The notes beneath the pieces are model-generated. The model did not search any database. It saw only the letters and a list, made by a program, of their open reading frames with translations, and was not told the DNA's origin. From a virus (Duplodnaviria; Caudoviricetes), in IMG/VR virus record IMGVR_UViG_3300037458_000317, positions 1 to 41,860 of that record: a DNA stretch of 41,860 nucleotides. One strand, 5' to 3'. A program made the translations under genes and the position numbers. Below, piece after piece: positions 1-9,208 of the stretch (position 1 is its first letter; the number at the start of each line of letters is the position of its first letter).

Positions 1-198
1 GCCTGTACCGCCATTGCTGATAAACATACCGCTAAAATTAATTTGTTCATTTTCCCACTCCTTCAATCGAACACTCAAAAACCACCTGTTCCAATTCCTT
101 CATCCGCTCAAGCACCTTTCGTGCTTGCTGGCGTTTCTTTAAAGCCACCTTCGCGGCTTTGTCGCGCTTTACGGCTTTACTACCTATGAGTTGCATGT
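1..198. repeat. Terminal direct repeat, copy 1 (circular assembly overlap)
   Basis: Identical to 41663-41860 except T87 vs C41749. Confidence 0.97.
47..196 (-). CDS. Small basic hypothetical protein, 49 aa (MQLIGSKAVKRDK...)
   Basis: Read by hand; AAGGA RBS upstream; stop overlaps the next ATG (ATGA); lies downstream of the promoter at 226-268. Confidence 0.7.
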   Translation of the reverse strand: MQLIGSKAVKRDKAAKVALKKRQQARKVLERMKELEQVVFECSIEGVGK

Positions 199-225
199 TT
201 CGTCCTTGTCTTACCCAGTGCGTTA

Positions 226-268
226 ACTATACGCCGTCTTGCTGGTGAAAATGTTGATTTAGATCACA
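226..268 (-). promoter_or_regulatory. CRP-like site with -10 at class II spacing
   Basis: TGTGA-TCTAAA-TCAAC at 268-253; TATAGT at 231-226 starts 29.5 bp from the site centre. Confidence 0.65.
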
Positions 269-272
269 ACTA

Positions 273-662
273 TTACGCTACTGCGTAACGGATCATTATT
301 CCTCTTTTTGGATGTGATATTTCAACTGTTTTCAGGATGCCATCTGCTGTCATTTTTTTAACCATCTGCGCTACGTCCAGTCTTGTGTATGTCTTGTTTT
401 TTGCTCGCTGACATATTGTAGAGATTGGCTTGTCAACTCCATTCAATGAATTGATGATTCTACGCATTAGCTCGTCTGGATCTTTTTGTCTTGATTGTTC
501 TGTTTTTTCTTTTATCCCAATTGATACAGAGAACTCAATACCCTTTACCACTTGGGAAAGTATCACTGAGTTTTTAGCGCAAAACGCATCAAGCTCGTGA
601 CTTACCATGCTTGATCCATCATCGAAAAACTCAACCCTCAAAAAACCAATGCTGTTAGCCAT
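273..662 (-). CDS. Protein whose C-terminal part is paralogous to the primase-helicase C-terminal (winged-helix-like) domain
   Basis: ISTICQRAKNKTYTRLDVAQMVKK...EISHPKRGI matches the end of 1236..3545; likely start MANSIG at 662 (ORF track starts at 725). Confidence 0.8.
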   Translation of the reverse strand: MANSIGFLRVEFFDDGSSMVSHELDAFCAKNSVILSQVVKGIEFSVSIGIKEKTEQSRQKDPDELMRRIINSLNGVDKPISTICQRAKNKTYTRLDVAQMVKKMTADGILKTVEISHPKRGIMIRYAVA

Positions 663-725
663 TTTAAGTCTCAGTTTGTGTATGATTTTCGTTTGAATTA
701 TTATGTATACTTCATAATGTGTCAA

Positions 726-1235
726 ATATTTTTATTAAAATCATTATTCTTATTTATTTGTTTACATGACATTTTTTACGTGTCATCATGTGTGAGCAAA
801 TAGAGGTTTATAGAGGTTTACCTCTTAATATAAAAAAGATTAATAGTTCTTATATAGAGAGAGAAATAAAAAAGCCCTTCTCTGTTCTGGCTGATTTCCA
901 GAATTTTGAAGGGCTTTCTTGTTTTTGGATTTAGAGTTATTGAATTTAAACTCTGAAAAATCATTTTTGCCGTTTTTCGTGTTTTTTCGAATCAGGCTTT
1001 CATTTATCCATAATTCTAAATCCAAAGATAAATGCATGATTTATATAGTGTTTTAGGATTATCCATTTTTTGCAGTTTAAATCCAAAACTGAAAAACAAC
1101 CAGGCGGACACGAAAAACACAAACAAATCACAACCAAGTATTATGGTGCAGCATTGGAAAATTTGCATCTTTTTTTTTATGGTAAATAAAAAGCGCCACA
1201 CAATAGCGGCGCTTTTAGCTTTGAATTATGGATTT
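726..1235. other. Putative replication origin
   Basis: Largest non-coding stretch, very AT-rich, next to the primase; (C/T)TAAATCC(A/T)AA repeats and tandem TAGAGGTTTA. Confidence 0.6.
1187..1216 (-). terminator. Probable intrinsic terminator after the primase
   Basis: AAAAGCGCC...GGCGCTTTT inverted repeat with A/T tails. Confidence 0.55.
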
Positions 1236-3545
1236 CTAAATCCTAAAAGACGTATATCTTGTGGTGATCCCACGCTTAGGATGTGAAACCTCCAGCGTTT
1301 GCAGATCGCCGACTTCCACCAGCTTTTTCACCATCTGAGAAACATCTTCTTTGGTGTACCGCTTATTGCTGGCTCGCTGCATGATGGTGGATATCGCTTC
1401 CCCGGCCTCATTCGCGCAAGCGTCTTTAATGCGACTCACTAAAACATCAGACAATGCGTCCTGTCGCTCGCTCGATTCCAGTTGGTTGCGGCGCGCCAGT
1501 TCGACTTTACTATCAATGTCTCTGCGTATCATGGCGTAAGCCCACCGGACGTGCTCAGCTGTGCGTACACGCTCTGGGCAGGCTAATATCAGCGACACCT
1601 TGGCGCATAGCTCATAACCACGGCGCACAACCGCCTCAAAGCCGCTGGTGCCTTTATGGTGCTCTGCGTACTCGTAGATCCACTTCTTCACCTGCTTTAG
1701 CATCTGCCATGCTTCATCAGTGGTGCTGATCTCAATCCGGTCTCCGTTATGCTCAAGCCGATCTGGTTTTTCGTCGGAGCAGTAACCTGGATGGTAAAGC
1801 TGCTTAAGCGTGGCTGCCATGTATGGATCGAGTTTTTGCTTTTTGAACTCGTCTTTTTCTTGCGGGTTTGTTTCGTGCTCACGAACCAACAGCGACCGAC
1901 CCACAAAACCGTTTGTCGCCTGCTCGTAGGTTATCAGCTTGTCGAATGTAACGGGCGTAGTGAAGCCAATCATGGAAAGCATTGGGTTTTTTAGTCCATC
2001 ATCCAGCGTATCGAGCTGCTCAACGAGCTTATCTGCACGCTCTTGGAATTTGCCTTCTGGATCTTCATTGTCGGCCACTTTCCCCTTGGCGTGTGACAGC
2101 TGCTTTTGTAGTTCGCTGCGGATGTCTTCTTTTAAATCGCCACTGATTAACAGGTAGCCGTTTGCCTTACCGTAGGCAGACATTAGCAGGCCGATCACGC
2201 CTTCCAGATAGGACGCACCAGACTTGGCAGAGTTGGATATTTTAGACAGCAAGATCCCAACTTCATCGACAATATAAAAAGCGCACTGGTGGCGGATCAA
2301 GTTGCGGGTGATTTCCTGCTCTGATTTTATATTGCCATGCACGGCTGCGGTGACGCCTGCGGCCCTGTGCAGGTCAATCATTGCGGTTTGAATTACTTCT
2401 TTACCCGTTGCGCTGGCTGCAATGCCGAACGTGAACATGTTGGCCGTGACGCCGTCCTTGTCATCTGTATAGCGCAACCCGCAAATGTTCCCGATGGTTT
2501 GCAGTGCTGCTGCCGTTGCCAGGTGTTCACGTGGAAATCTGCATTGCGCATTGATCCACTGCGTGACCTTGCCGACGAATCCCGGCGGCCGCAACAAGTC
2601 TACCGTATCAATGGCGAACGGGTGGCCTGTAGCGTCATCGTCTTGCTGTTGTGCTTCGGCGTGTGGAAGCTCGAACGTTACCGAACGGCGGTATCCGCCT
2701 TTTTCTGCAAGGTGGATCAGAGTCCCGATAGTGACTGGGTTCATTGTCTTTCCGAACGATTGCCAGTGCTGATCGATGGATGCGGGGCCGTTGTACTTTT
2801 CACCTCCACTGCTCCAAGCGTTCCATGTTGCCATACCTGCACCGCTGGTGGCGTGATGAATTGCCATGCCTACCTTGATCCAATCGTCATAAGAACAATC
2901 TGGATCGCAGTGTTTTAGCATATCCGCTATTTCTTGATCGGTGATGTCGAGCGATTCGCCATTCATGGCTACACGATAGTGATCTGGCTTTTTCAGGAGC
3001 TTCAGCAGTGGCTCAGGAATTGGTGTTAAGTCGCACGGATTGCCTTTCTGTTTTTCGTATGTAGCACCTGATTTATGGATAGATCCGCAACCGCACACGA
3101 ATCCTGACACTTTAAAATCTATACCTTTGTAGTCAGATAGGTGGCTCAGCAGTGAGATCGGCGGTTCGTTTTTGAAGTAGATATGCAGCCCACCGCCGCC
3201 TGTCTCTACGACAAAGTTAGACATCTCGGCGTAGTCGATTCCGGTATCTTTGCAAAGCCGTTCATACGACTCAAAACCTCCATTGCGCTTGTCGATGTCG
3301 ATTACCAGATGGTCGTCTACACAAACACCAAATCCGGTATCGAACTGACCCATCTCGTCCATCGTCTCGATCTGCTCGTCTGACCAGTGCGGGACTTGCT
3401 GCCAGTTTTGAATGCGTGGGTGTTTTCCGATAGCTGCGCACTCAGGATCGCCACAGCCGCATGACCATTGTGGAGTGATCTCCCACAGAGGGAAGATGCG
3501 GAAACCGGCTTCTAGGTAGTCATAAATATAGTTAGATGCTGACAT
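1236..3545 (-). CDS. Bifunctional Prim-Pol primase with PriCT-2 and helicase-like domain
   Basis: GKHP, VIDIDKRNGG, TGGGGLHIYF, GSIHKSG; YDDWIKVGMAIH (PriCT-2); ASATGKE and IVDEVG. Confidence 0.9.
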   Translation of the reverse strand: MSASNYIYDYLEAGFRIFPLWEITPQWSCGCGDPECAAIGKHPRIQNWQQVPHWSDEQIETMDEMGQFDTGFGVCVDDHLVIDIDKRNGGFESYERLCKDTGIDYAEMSNFVVETGGGGLHIYFKNEPPISLLSHLSDYKGIDFKVSGFVCGCGSIHKSGATYEKQKGNPCDLTPIPEPLLKLLKKPDHYRVAMNGESLDITDQEIADMLKHCDPDCSYDDWIKVGMAIHHATSGAGMATWNAWSSGGEKYNGPASIDQHWQSFGKTMNPVTIGTLIHLAEKGGYRRSVTFELPHAEAQQQDDDATGHPFAIDTVDLLRPPGFVGKVTQWINAQCRFPREHLATAAALQTIGNICGLRYTDDKDGVTANMFTFGIAASATGKEVIQTAMIDLHRAAGVTAAVHGNIKSEQEITRNLIRHQCAFYIVDEVGILLSKISNSAKSGASYLEGVIGLLMSAYGKANGYLLISGDLKEDIRSELQKQLSHAKGKVADNEDPEGKFQERADKLVEQLDTLDDGLKNPMLSMIGFTTPVTFDKLITYEQATNGFVGRSLLVREHETNPQEKDEFKKQKLDPYMAATLKQLYHPGYCSDEKPDRLEHNGDRIEISTTDEAWQMLKQVKKWIYEYAEHHKGTSGFEAVVRRGYELCAKVSLILACPERVRTAEHVRWAYAMIRRDIDSKVELARRNQLESSERQDALSDVLVSRIKDACANEAGEAISTIMQRASNKRYTKEDVSQMVKKLVEVGDLQTLEVSHPKRGITTRYTSFRI

Positions 3546-3727
3546 TACTGCGCGTCCTTGTTCTGTGACTCAAGCCATGCTGAAACTTTTTGCACTGTGC
3601 TGTATTTTGGTTCTGTACCGCCGTTCATCATGCGATACAAGGCGTTGTAATGCACTCCGCACTGCGCTGCAACAGCCTTTAGGTTCATGGGAATGAGGCG
3701 CTGTTTAATCTGCTCTAGTGTCATCAT
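3545..3727 (-). CDS. Cro-like HTH transcriptional regulator
   Basis: NLKAVAAQCGVHYNALYRMMNG..PKYSTV HTH pattern, 60 aa. Confidence 0.85.
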   Translation of the reverse strand: MMTLEQIKQRLIPMNLKAVAAQCGVHYNALYRMMNGGTEPKYSTVQKVSAWLESQNKDAQ

Positions 3728-3758
3728 TTTTTAATGTCCTGTTGTTTTTTTTGCGTTC

Positions 3759-3800
3759 GATGTTGACACTATAAAACTTGTGGCGTACATTTGCAACATC
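3759..3800. promoter_or_regulatory. Overlapping divergent sigma70 promoters flanked by an inverted repeat
   Basis: + TTGACA(3763)-17-TACATT; - TTGCAA(3796)-17-TATAGT; GATGTTG...CAACATC at the ends. Confidence 0.8.
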
Positions 3801-3825
3801 AAAACGAAACAACCGGAGCAAGCAA

Positions 3826-4503
3826 ATGGGAATAGGCGTTGTGTTGATGGGCAAAAGCGGGACTGGCAAGACCACCAGCCTGCGCAATATTAACCCTGAT
3901 AAAGCATTGCTGATCCAAGTAACCCGCAAGGCGTTACCGTTTAAATCAGCAAACTGGAAACCGTGGGACGGCAAGACAAAAACAGGAACGGTTGCGGTTA
4001 CTGACAAGGCTAACAACATCGTTGCAGCCATTCAGCGGGCAAGCGATAACGGCAAGGAAATAGTTATTGTTGATGATTTTCAGTACCTAATGGCTAACGA
4101 ATTTATGTCTCGCAGTTCTGAGCGCGGCTATGACAAGTTCACCGACATCGCCCGCCACGCTTGGGATGTTATGCAGGCTGCGATCAATGCGCCAGAGCAT
4201 ATCCGAGTTTATATCCTAACGCACACAGAGACGGATGATTACGGCCTGAACGCCAAGATCAAAACGATTGGAAAAATGCTGGATGAAAAGATCTGCCTGG
4301 AGGGTCTATTCACTATCGTTTTGAAGACCATTAAAAATGATGACGGCTATTTTTTCGCAACTCAAAATGATGGTACTGATACAGTGAAATCACCGATCGA
4401 TATGTTCAACTCAGAATTAATTGTGAACGATGTCGCAGAAATCGACCACACGATCTGCGAATATTACGGAATCAAGGAAGCAAAACAGGAGCAAGCAGAA
4501 TGA
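3826..4503 (+). CDS. Sak4-like AAA ATPase / ssDNA-annealing protein
   Basis: GKSGTGKT Walker A, IVVDDFQY, KTIGKMLDEK; GGAG RBS before ATG 3826. Confidence 0.88.
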   Translation: MGIGVVLMGKSGTGKTTSLRNINPDKALLIQVTRKALPFKSANWKPWDGKTKTGTVAVTDKANNIVAAIQRASDNGKEIVIVDDFQYLMANEFMSRSSERGYDKFTDIARHAWDVMQAAINAPEHIRVYILTHTETDDYGLNAKIKTIGKMLDEKICLEGLFTIVLKTIKNDDGYFFATQNDGTDTVKSPIDMFNSELIVNDVAEIDHTICEYYGIKEAKQEQAE

Positions 4504-4976
4504 AACTATACGAAATCACCGAACAACTACGCCAGTTGATGGCAATGGATGACGTTCCGCCAGAGCAGTTACAGGACACGCTCGACATGGTAAATGATGA
4601 GTTTGAAGCGAAAGCAGAAAACATCGCTATGTTGATCAGAGAGATGGTGCTTGATGCGGAAGGATACAAAGCAGAAATCGACCGATTATCAGATCGTAAA
4701 AAATCGATCGACAACAAAGTCGAGTCATTGAAAGATTACTTGCGCGTAAACATGCAAGCGGCTGACATGACGAAAATCAAAGGAAAGCTGTTTACTATTT
4801 CATTAGGCGCACCGACTGAAACGGTTTATGTGGCCGATGAAAAGTTATTGCCTGACAATTTGGTTTATATCAAGCGTGAACCGAACAAAACGGAAATAAA
4901 AGCGCAACTTAAATCAGGTGCCGATTTGGAAGGGTGCGCACTGGTGCAAGGTAAGGCACGGTTAACGATTAAGTAA
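4500..4976 (+). CDS. Siphovirus Gp157-family protein
   Basis: MKLYEI, EIDRL..RKK, LKDYL, PNKTEIKAQLKSG; between Sak4 and SSB. Confidence 0.85.
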   Translation: MKLYEITEQLRQLMAMDDVPPEQLQDTLDMVNDEFEAKAENIAMLIREMVLDAEGYKAEIDRLSDRKKSIDNKVESLKDYLRVNMQAADMTKIKGKLFTISLGAPTETVYVADEKLLPDNLVYIKREPNKTEIKAQLKSGADLEGCALVQGKARLTIK

Positions 4977-5027
4977 CTCTATTTTTTTTGCAAATCTACA
5001 TTAATTTTAATTTAAGGAAATAAATAA

Positions 5028-5606
5028 ATGGCCTCTTTCTGGACTAAATCAACCGGCGAAACAGTAAGCAAAACAACCGCAACTGCTGACTATCAAGCGC
5101 AAACAGACCTGCCACCAATTGCCGATAAAACAGTGGTACGAGCAGCAATCACGCAGATAAAATGGGACATGTTCACCAAGGATTCACCGGACGGGAAAAC
5201 CAAAAACGGTGAGCGTTACATTAACGCCCGCTGGGATGTTATTGACGGCGAATACGCAAAGCGCGTGATCTTCCAGAAAATCAAAGTAGGTTCAGAAGGA
5301 GAAAAGACACGCGATAACGCGCTGGATATGCTGGCTGCAATTGACATGAACGCCAGCGGCGGAAAGATGATGACGCTTGGACGTGAGCCGTCCGACATGG
5401 AGCTGATGAGTATTCTGTCTAGCAAGCCAATGCACATCCGCTTGCGTGTTTGGACTAGCCAGGATAAGACGCAATCAGGAAACTGGATCGACTCCGTATC
5501 AAGCGCAAAAGGCGGCAAGAAGCCAGCATCTAACGCATCGACTGCGCCTATCGTTGCAGAACCATCGCCAACCGTACCGGAAGAAGATGAAGAATTAGAC
5601 TTCTAG
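5028..5606 (+). CDS. Single-stranded DNA-binding protein (DUF669-like)
   Basis: WDVIDGEYAKRVIFQ; acidic C-terminus EEDEELDF. Confidence 0.8.
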   Translation: MASFWTKSTGETVSKTTATADYQAQTDLPPIADKTVVRAAITQIKWDMFTKDSPDGKTKNGERYINARWDVIDGEYAKRVIFQKIKVGSEGEKTRDNALDMLAAIDMNASGGKMMTLGREPSDMELMSILSSKPMHIRLRVWTSQDKTQSGNWIDSVSSAKGGKKPASNASTAPIVAEPSPTVPEEDEELDF

Positions 5607-5629
5607 GAAACTGAAAATACAATAATAAC

Positions 5630-5652
5630 AAAGCCCCTGTGTGGGGCTTTTT
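5630..5652 (+). terminator. Intrinsic terminator
   Basis: AAGCCCC-TGTGT-GGGGCTTTTT. Confidence 0.85.
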
Positions 5653-5667
5653 AATCGGAGTAAGCCG

Positions 5668-6495
5668 ATGGAATGCCTACGCGCAAGATGGTATGAACAC
5701 CGTAGTGTGAACGATTCAGAGCGTTTAAAGCAGATCAACGAGTTAAGCGCATGGCTTAAAAAGTACATGCTCGCGCATGTTGCTAAGTCGCATAAGATAT
5801 TCAAAGCAGGCGCTGAACTTGTTGGTTATAAGCCGATCGATGGGATAGTGAAGCATAACGACACGTTTATGTTGTTATCTGTGCAGCCGGAAGAAAAGAT
5901 AAACCACGGCGAGATATCGCGCATGATGCAGTTATCAGGCCAGCTATCCAAGCAAGGCAATGTGCTGCATGAATGCCTGTGTTTTTATCTAAAAGGCAGT
6001 GAGATCGTCAGTGAGATCGTGCCATACGATCAGTTTGCAGGGTTTCAAGAAGAAGACCATTTCAAGATAGTAGCTGGCGATGACCTGCCAGAAATTGACG
6101 CATGTAAAAATGAGTGCGCCGACTGCATCCATGCCGATCTGTGCAATGGCAACAACCTGCCTGCGGTGAATTGTGGATCATGCTGCAACGCTGGATCACC
6201 AGCCTGCGGATTATGCGCAAAAGAAAATATGCACATATTCCACCCTAATTTTTTAACAAATTCATGCTTTGAAATCGTCAATGTTGACGCCGAAAACATG
6301 GTCATTGAGTACGACAGTTTTTATTCAGTGAATAACAAGCTTCTGCGACTTAAAGACAAAAACAAGCCTTGTTTGACATCGCATGAGCTGAAATTAACAT
6401 GGGCAAATGATATGAAGCTGGACGATCCATTCATTAAGTTGATGACGCGATTCAACGGCACAATAGACAGTTTGAGCAAGGATGCAGATCAATGA
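5668..6495 (+). CDS. Divergent Cas4-like/PD-(D/E)XK exonuclease-family protein
   Basis: CxRxxWY, IDGIV, CxxCxxxxxC and VNCGSC; GGAG RBS before ATG 5668; position between SSB and helicase. Confidence 0.6.
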   Translation: MECLRARWYEHRSVNDSERLKQINELSAWLKKYMLAHVAKSHKIFKAGAELVGYKPIDGIVKHNDTFMLLSVQPEEKINHGEISRMMQLSGQLSKQGNVLHECLCFYLKGSEIVSEIVPYDQFAGFQEEDHFKIVAGDDLPEIDACKNECADCIHADLCNGNNLPAVNCGSCCNAGSPACGLCAKENMHIFHPNFLTNSCFEIVNVDAENMVIEYDSFYSVNNKLLRLKDKNKPCLTSHELKLTWANDMKLDDPFIKLMTRFNGTIDSLSKDADQ

Positions 6496-8330
6496 AGTTA
6501 ACACCTAGATGGTATCAACAGGAAGCACACGACGCGGCGATAGCGTGGGTTAGAAAGTGTTACGATCCATGTTTACTTGAATGTCCAACCGGTTCCGGTA
6601 AGTCGATCATTGTCGCCATGATAGCCAAGACGATCCATGATATGAGCGGTAAAAAAATTCTGTGCCTTGCGCCAAGCTCTGAGCTGGTCATGCAGAACCG
6701 TGAAAAATATTTACTGATGGGTGAACCTGCATCCGTATTCTCTGCGAGCGCTGGCCGAAAGGAAACAAAAAACTTTGTCGTTTTTGGATCTCCACTAACG
6801 GTTGCCAATAATTTAAACAAGTTCGGCAGCCAGTACGCTGCTGTTATCATTGATGAAGCGCATGGGCTATCACCGACATTGCTAAACATCATCAACCACA
6901 TGCGCTCGCAGAATCCGAAACTGCGCATAATCGGGTTATCAGCTACACCGTACCGCCTTAATACCGGCTACATTTATCAGCACCACTATAAAACAGGCGC
7001 ACTGACCGAAGATGAAGCTGTCGATCCTTTTTTTACGGCGCTGGTTTACACCATTGATGCACGCATGTTGATCGCAGAAGGCTATTTGAGTCAGCCGATT
7101 TTTAGCGGTAATTTAGAAAATTACGACACGAGCGGACTGACGCTAAACCGCCTAGGGCAATTTAGCAGCGATAGCGTAGATCGTGCGTTTGTCGGGCAAG
7201 GGCGCAAGACTAGCAGAATTATTGCTGATGTCGTAGATCGGTCTGCGGATAAGAAAGGAGTAATGATATTTGCGGCTACCGTGCAGCACGCAAAAGAGAT
7301 TATGGAATCGTTGCCCGTTGAGTTATCAGCGCTAGTCACTGGCGATACGAAAAAAGACGAACGGGCGCGAATAATCGATCGATTCAAAAAGCAGCAGATA
7401 AAATACATCGTCAATGTCGCCGTGCTCACAACTGGCTTTGATGCCCCGCACGTTGACCATATTGCCATCTTGCGTGCCACTGAGTCTGTGGCGTTGTTGC
7501 AGCAGATTATAGGCCGTGGATTGCGCGTTACCGACACGAAAAAAGAATGCTTGATAAGCGACTACGCACAAAACATCGAGCGCCACTGCCCACATGGTGA
7601 CGTGTTCGATCCAGATATTAAGGCGTCACGAAAACATGAATCAGCGCCGATAAACGTGCCGTGCCCTATTTGCTCCAACGTGAACGCATTTGCACTACGC
7701 AAAAATGATGATGGTTTTGAGATCGACGCCGAAGGGTTTTTCATTGATGCAGCTGGAAACAGGATCGAGACAGTAGTAGAAGGCGTGTTCATGCCAGCGC
7801 ATTACGGGCGGCGATGCCAAGGTTTCAAGGTATCGAAAGGCCATGCCGAGCAATGCAGTTATAAGTGGGCGTTTAAAACCTGTGAATCCTGCGGCCATGA
7901 AAACGACATCGCGGCGCGATATTGCGGGAAGTGTAAAGCTGAGCTTGTTGACCCAAATGAACGCCTGTTATTAGAAGCCATAAAACTAGAGAAAGATCCT
8001 TACCGTGTGCGTATGGCTAACGTGCAGATGTGGCGGTTTAAGCGTTGGCCCGGTAAAGATGGAAAGCCGGACAGCTTGCGTGTCGAGTACATGATCGACG
8101 AAAAACCATCGACACTGTTGGAGTGGTATCACCCTGAAAGCGCTAATACCTGGCTATTTAACCGCTGGCAGTCTTTCTGTGTGAAATCGTTTGGCGAGGC
8201 CTTGCCAGACTTGCAGTCTGCGCTAGATATGCAGCACGATGCAGCACAGCCAGAAAAGATCGCATTCAAGAAAAAAGCGAACAGCAAATATTTTGATATT
8301 GTCGGATTAGAATGGAGCAAAGAAGAATGA
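6492..8330 (+). CDS. SF2 (RadD/YejH-like) DNA helicase with C-terminal zinc motifs
   Basis: PTGSGKS, DEAH, SATP, LTTGFDAP, QIIGRGLR, several CxxC. Confidence 0.93.
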   Translation: MKLTPRWYQQEAHDAAIAWVRKCYDPCLLECPTGSGKSIIVAMIAKTIHDMSGKKILCLAPSSELVMQNREKYLLMGEPASVFSASAGRKETKNFVVFGSPLTVANNLNKFGSQYAAVIIDEAHGLSPTLLNIINHMRSQNPKLRIIGLSATPYRLNTGYIYQHHYKTGALTEDEAVDPFFTALVYTIDARMLIAEGYLSQPIFSGNLENYDTSGLTLNRLGQFSSDSVDRAFVGQGRKTSRIIADVVDRSADKKGVMIFAATVQHAKEIMESLPVELSALVTGDTKKDERARIIDRFKKQQIKYIVNVAVLTTGFDAPHVDHIAILRATESVALLQQIIGRGLRVTDTKKECLISDYAQNIERHCPHGDVFDPDIKASRKHESAPINVPCPICSNVNAFALRKNDDGFEIDAEGFFIDAAGNRIETVVEGVFMPAHYGRRCQGFKVSKGHAEQCSYKWAFKTCESCGHENDIAARYCGKCKAELVDPNERLLLEAIKLEKDPYRVRMANVQMWRFKRWPGKDGKPDSLRVEYMIDEKPSTLLEWYHPESANTWLFNRWQSFCVKSFGEALPDLQSALDMQHDAAQPEKIAFKKKANSKYFDIVGLEWSKEE

Positions 8331-8758
8331 AATTTCCAGATGGGTTAAAAGTTTACGGCGATCAATTATTCCGTGGCGAATGCCCAACAGAAACAAGCGA
8401 GCAGGTAGCATTTTTTGCAGAACTAAAACGAAAATATCCGCACCTGCACGCCATTGCTATCCACCCTAAAAATGAAGGGAAACGCATGAAAGGCCAGTTT
8501 CAGCAGCTGGCAAAGGATAAAGCTATGGGCCTGAATGTCGGATCTGCTGACATTATTATTCCGGCTTCACCCGCGTTTGTTTGTGAGTTGAAACGAAAAG
8601 ACCACACACAAAGCAAGTTTCAGCCTGGACAAGTTGAGTACCTTGAAAACTGCCAGAAGCTCGGAGCGTTTGTGTGTGTTGCCCTTGGTTATCAGGCGGC
8701 AATGCAGGCAATTGATTATTATTGCGATCTGCATCAAAGAAATAACCGCCAGCGCTGA
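8327..8758 (+). CDS. VRR-NUC family endonuclease
   Basis: HPKNEG, GSADIII, CELKR, QVEYL..G.FVCV; ATGA overlap with helicase. Confidence 0.88.
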   Translation: MKFPDGLKVYGDQLFRGECPTETSEQVAFFAELKRKYPHLHAIAIHPKNEGKRMKGQFQQLAKDKAMGLNVGSADIIIPASPAFVCELKRKDHTQSKFQPGQVEYLENCQKLGAFVCVALGYQAAMQAIDYYCDLHQRNNRQR

Positions 8759-8795
8759 TATTATTAAGGTGCTGGAATTAATTGGAGTGCTATAT

Positions 8796-9026
8796 ATGCG
8801 TGTTACGGCAAGGCTTGAGAATTGGTGTGTTGACAACAAATCATGGTGCCTTATAGGGGAAATATATCGAGATACCGAAAATAGAGGGTGGGCTGACGGA
8901 ACAAGAATAAAAACATCAAAAATGCAACCAATGTCCATGCAGCAATCAACGCCAAAAGAGGGGGTAGTTATTTTAACAATGAATAACTCATATCTTTTAG
9001 GAAAGAAGTTGGAGAACAATAAATGA
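8796..9026 (+). CDS. Hypothetical protein (MRVTARLENW...)
   Basis: GGAG RBS; GEIYRD...GWADGTRIKTS phage-type motif. Confidence 0.75.
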   Translation: MRVTARLENWCVDNKSWCLIGEIYRDTENRGWADGTRIKTSKMQPMSMQQSTPKEGVVILTMNNSYLLGKKLENNK

Positions 9027-9205
9027 CAAAACCATTCTAAACGGAAGACTTTAGCGACATCAAAACACAGCCAATGGAAAAGCTAATCAAGCTGAGAGAT
9101 CGCCGTAAACAGAACTGGATGGAAATGCAGAAAGCGGCTATTGAGGAATACGGTTTGCTTGATGAAGTGGAAAAGGAAATTGATCGAAGACTTGGGTTAT
9201 TATGA
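9023..9205 (+). pseudogene. 60-codon gene with in-frame TAA at codon 6
   Basis: GGAGA RBS and ATGA coupling; reads MTKPF*TEDFSDIKTQPMEKLIKLRD...RRLGLL. Confidence 0.65.
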
Positions 9206-9208
9206 TTT

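Noticed and set aside
840-1286. Short ORFs in the AT-rich region
   Set aside because: No RBS, low-complexity products, mutually overlapping; better explained as origin DNA
3545-3800. Lysogeny switch
   Set aside because: Only a Cro-like gene; no CI, integrase, att site or partition genes recognised
5668-6495. CRISPR-Cas locus
   Set aside because: No repeat-spacer array or other cas genes; Cas4-like proteins are common in phage recombination modules
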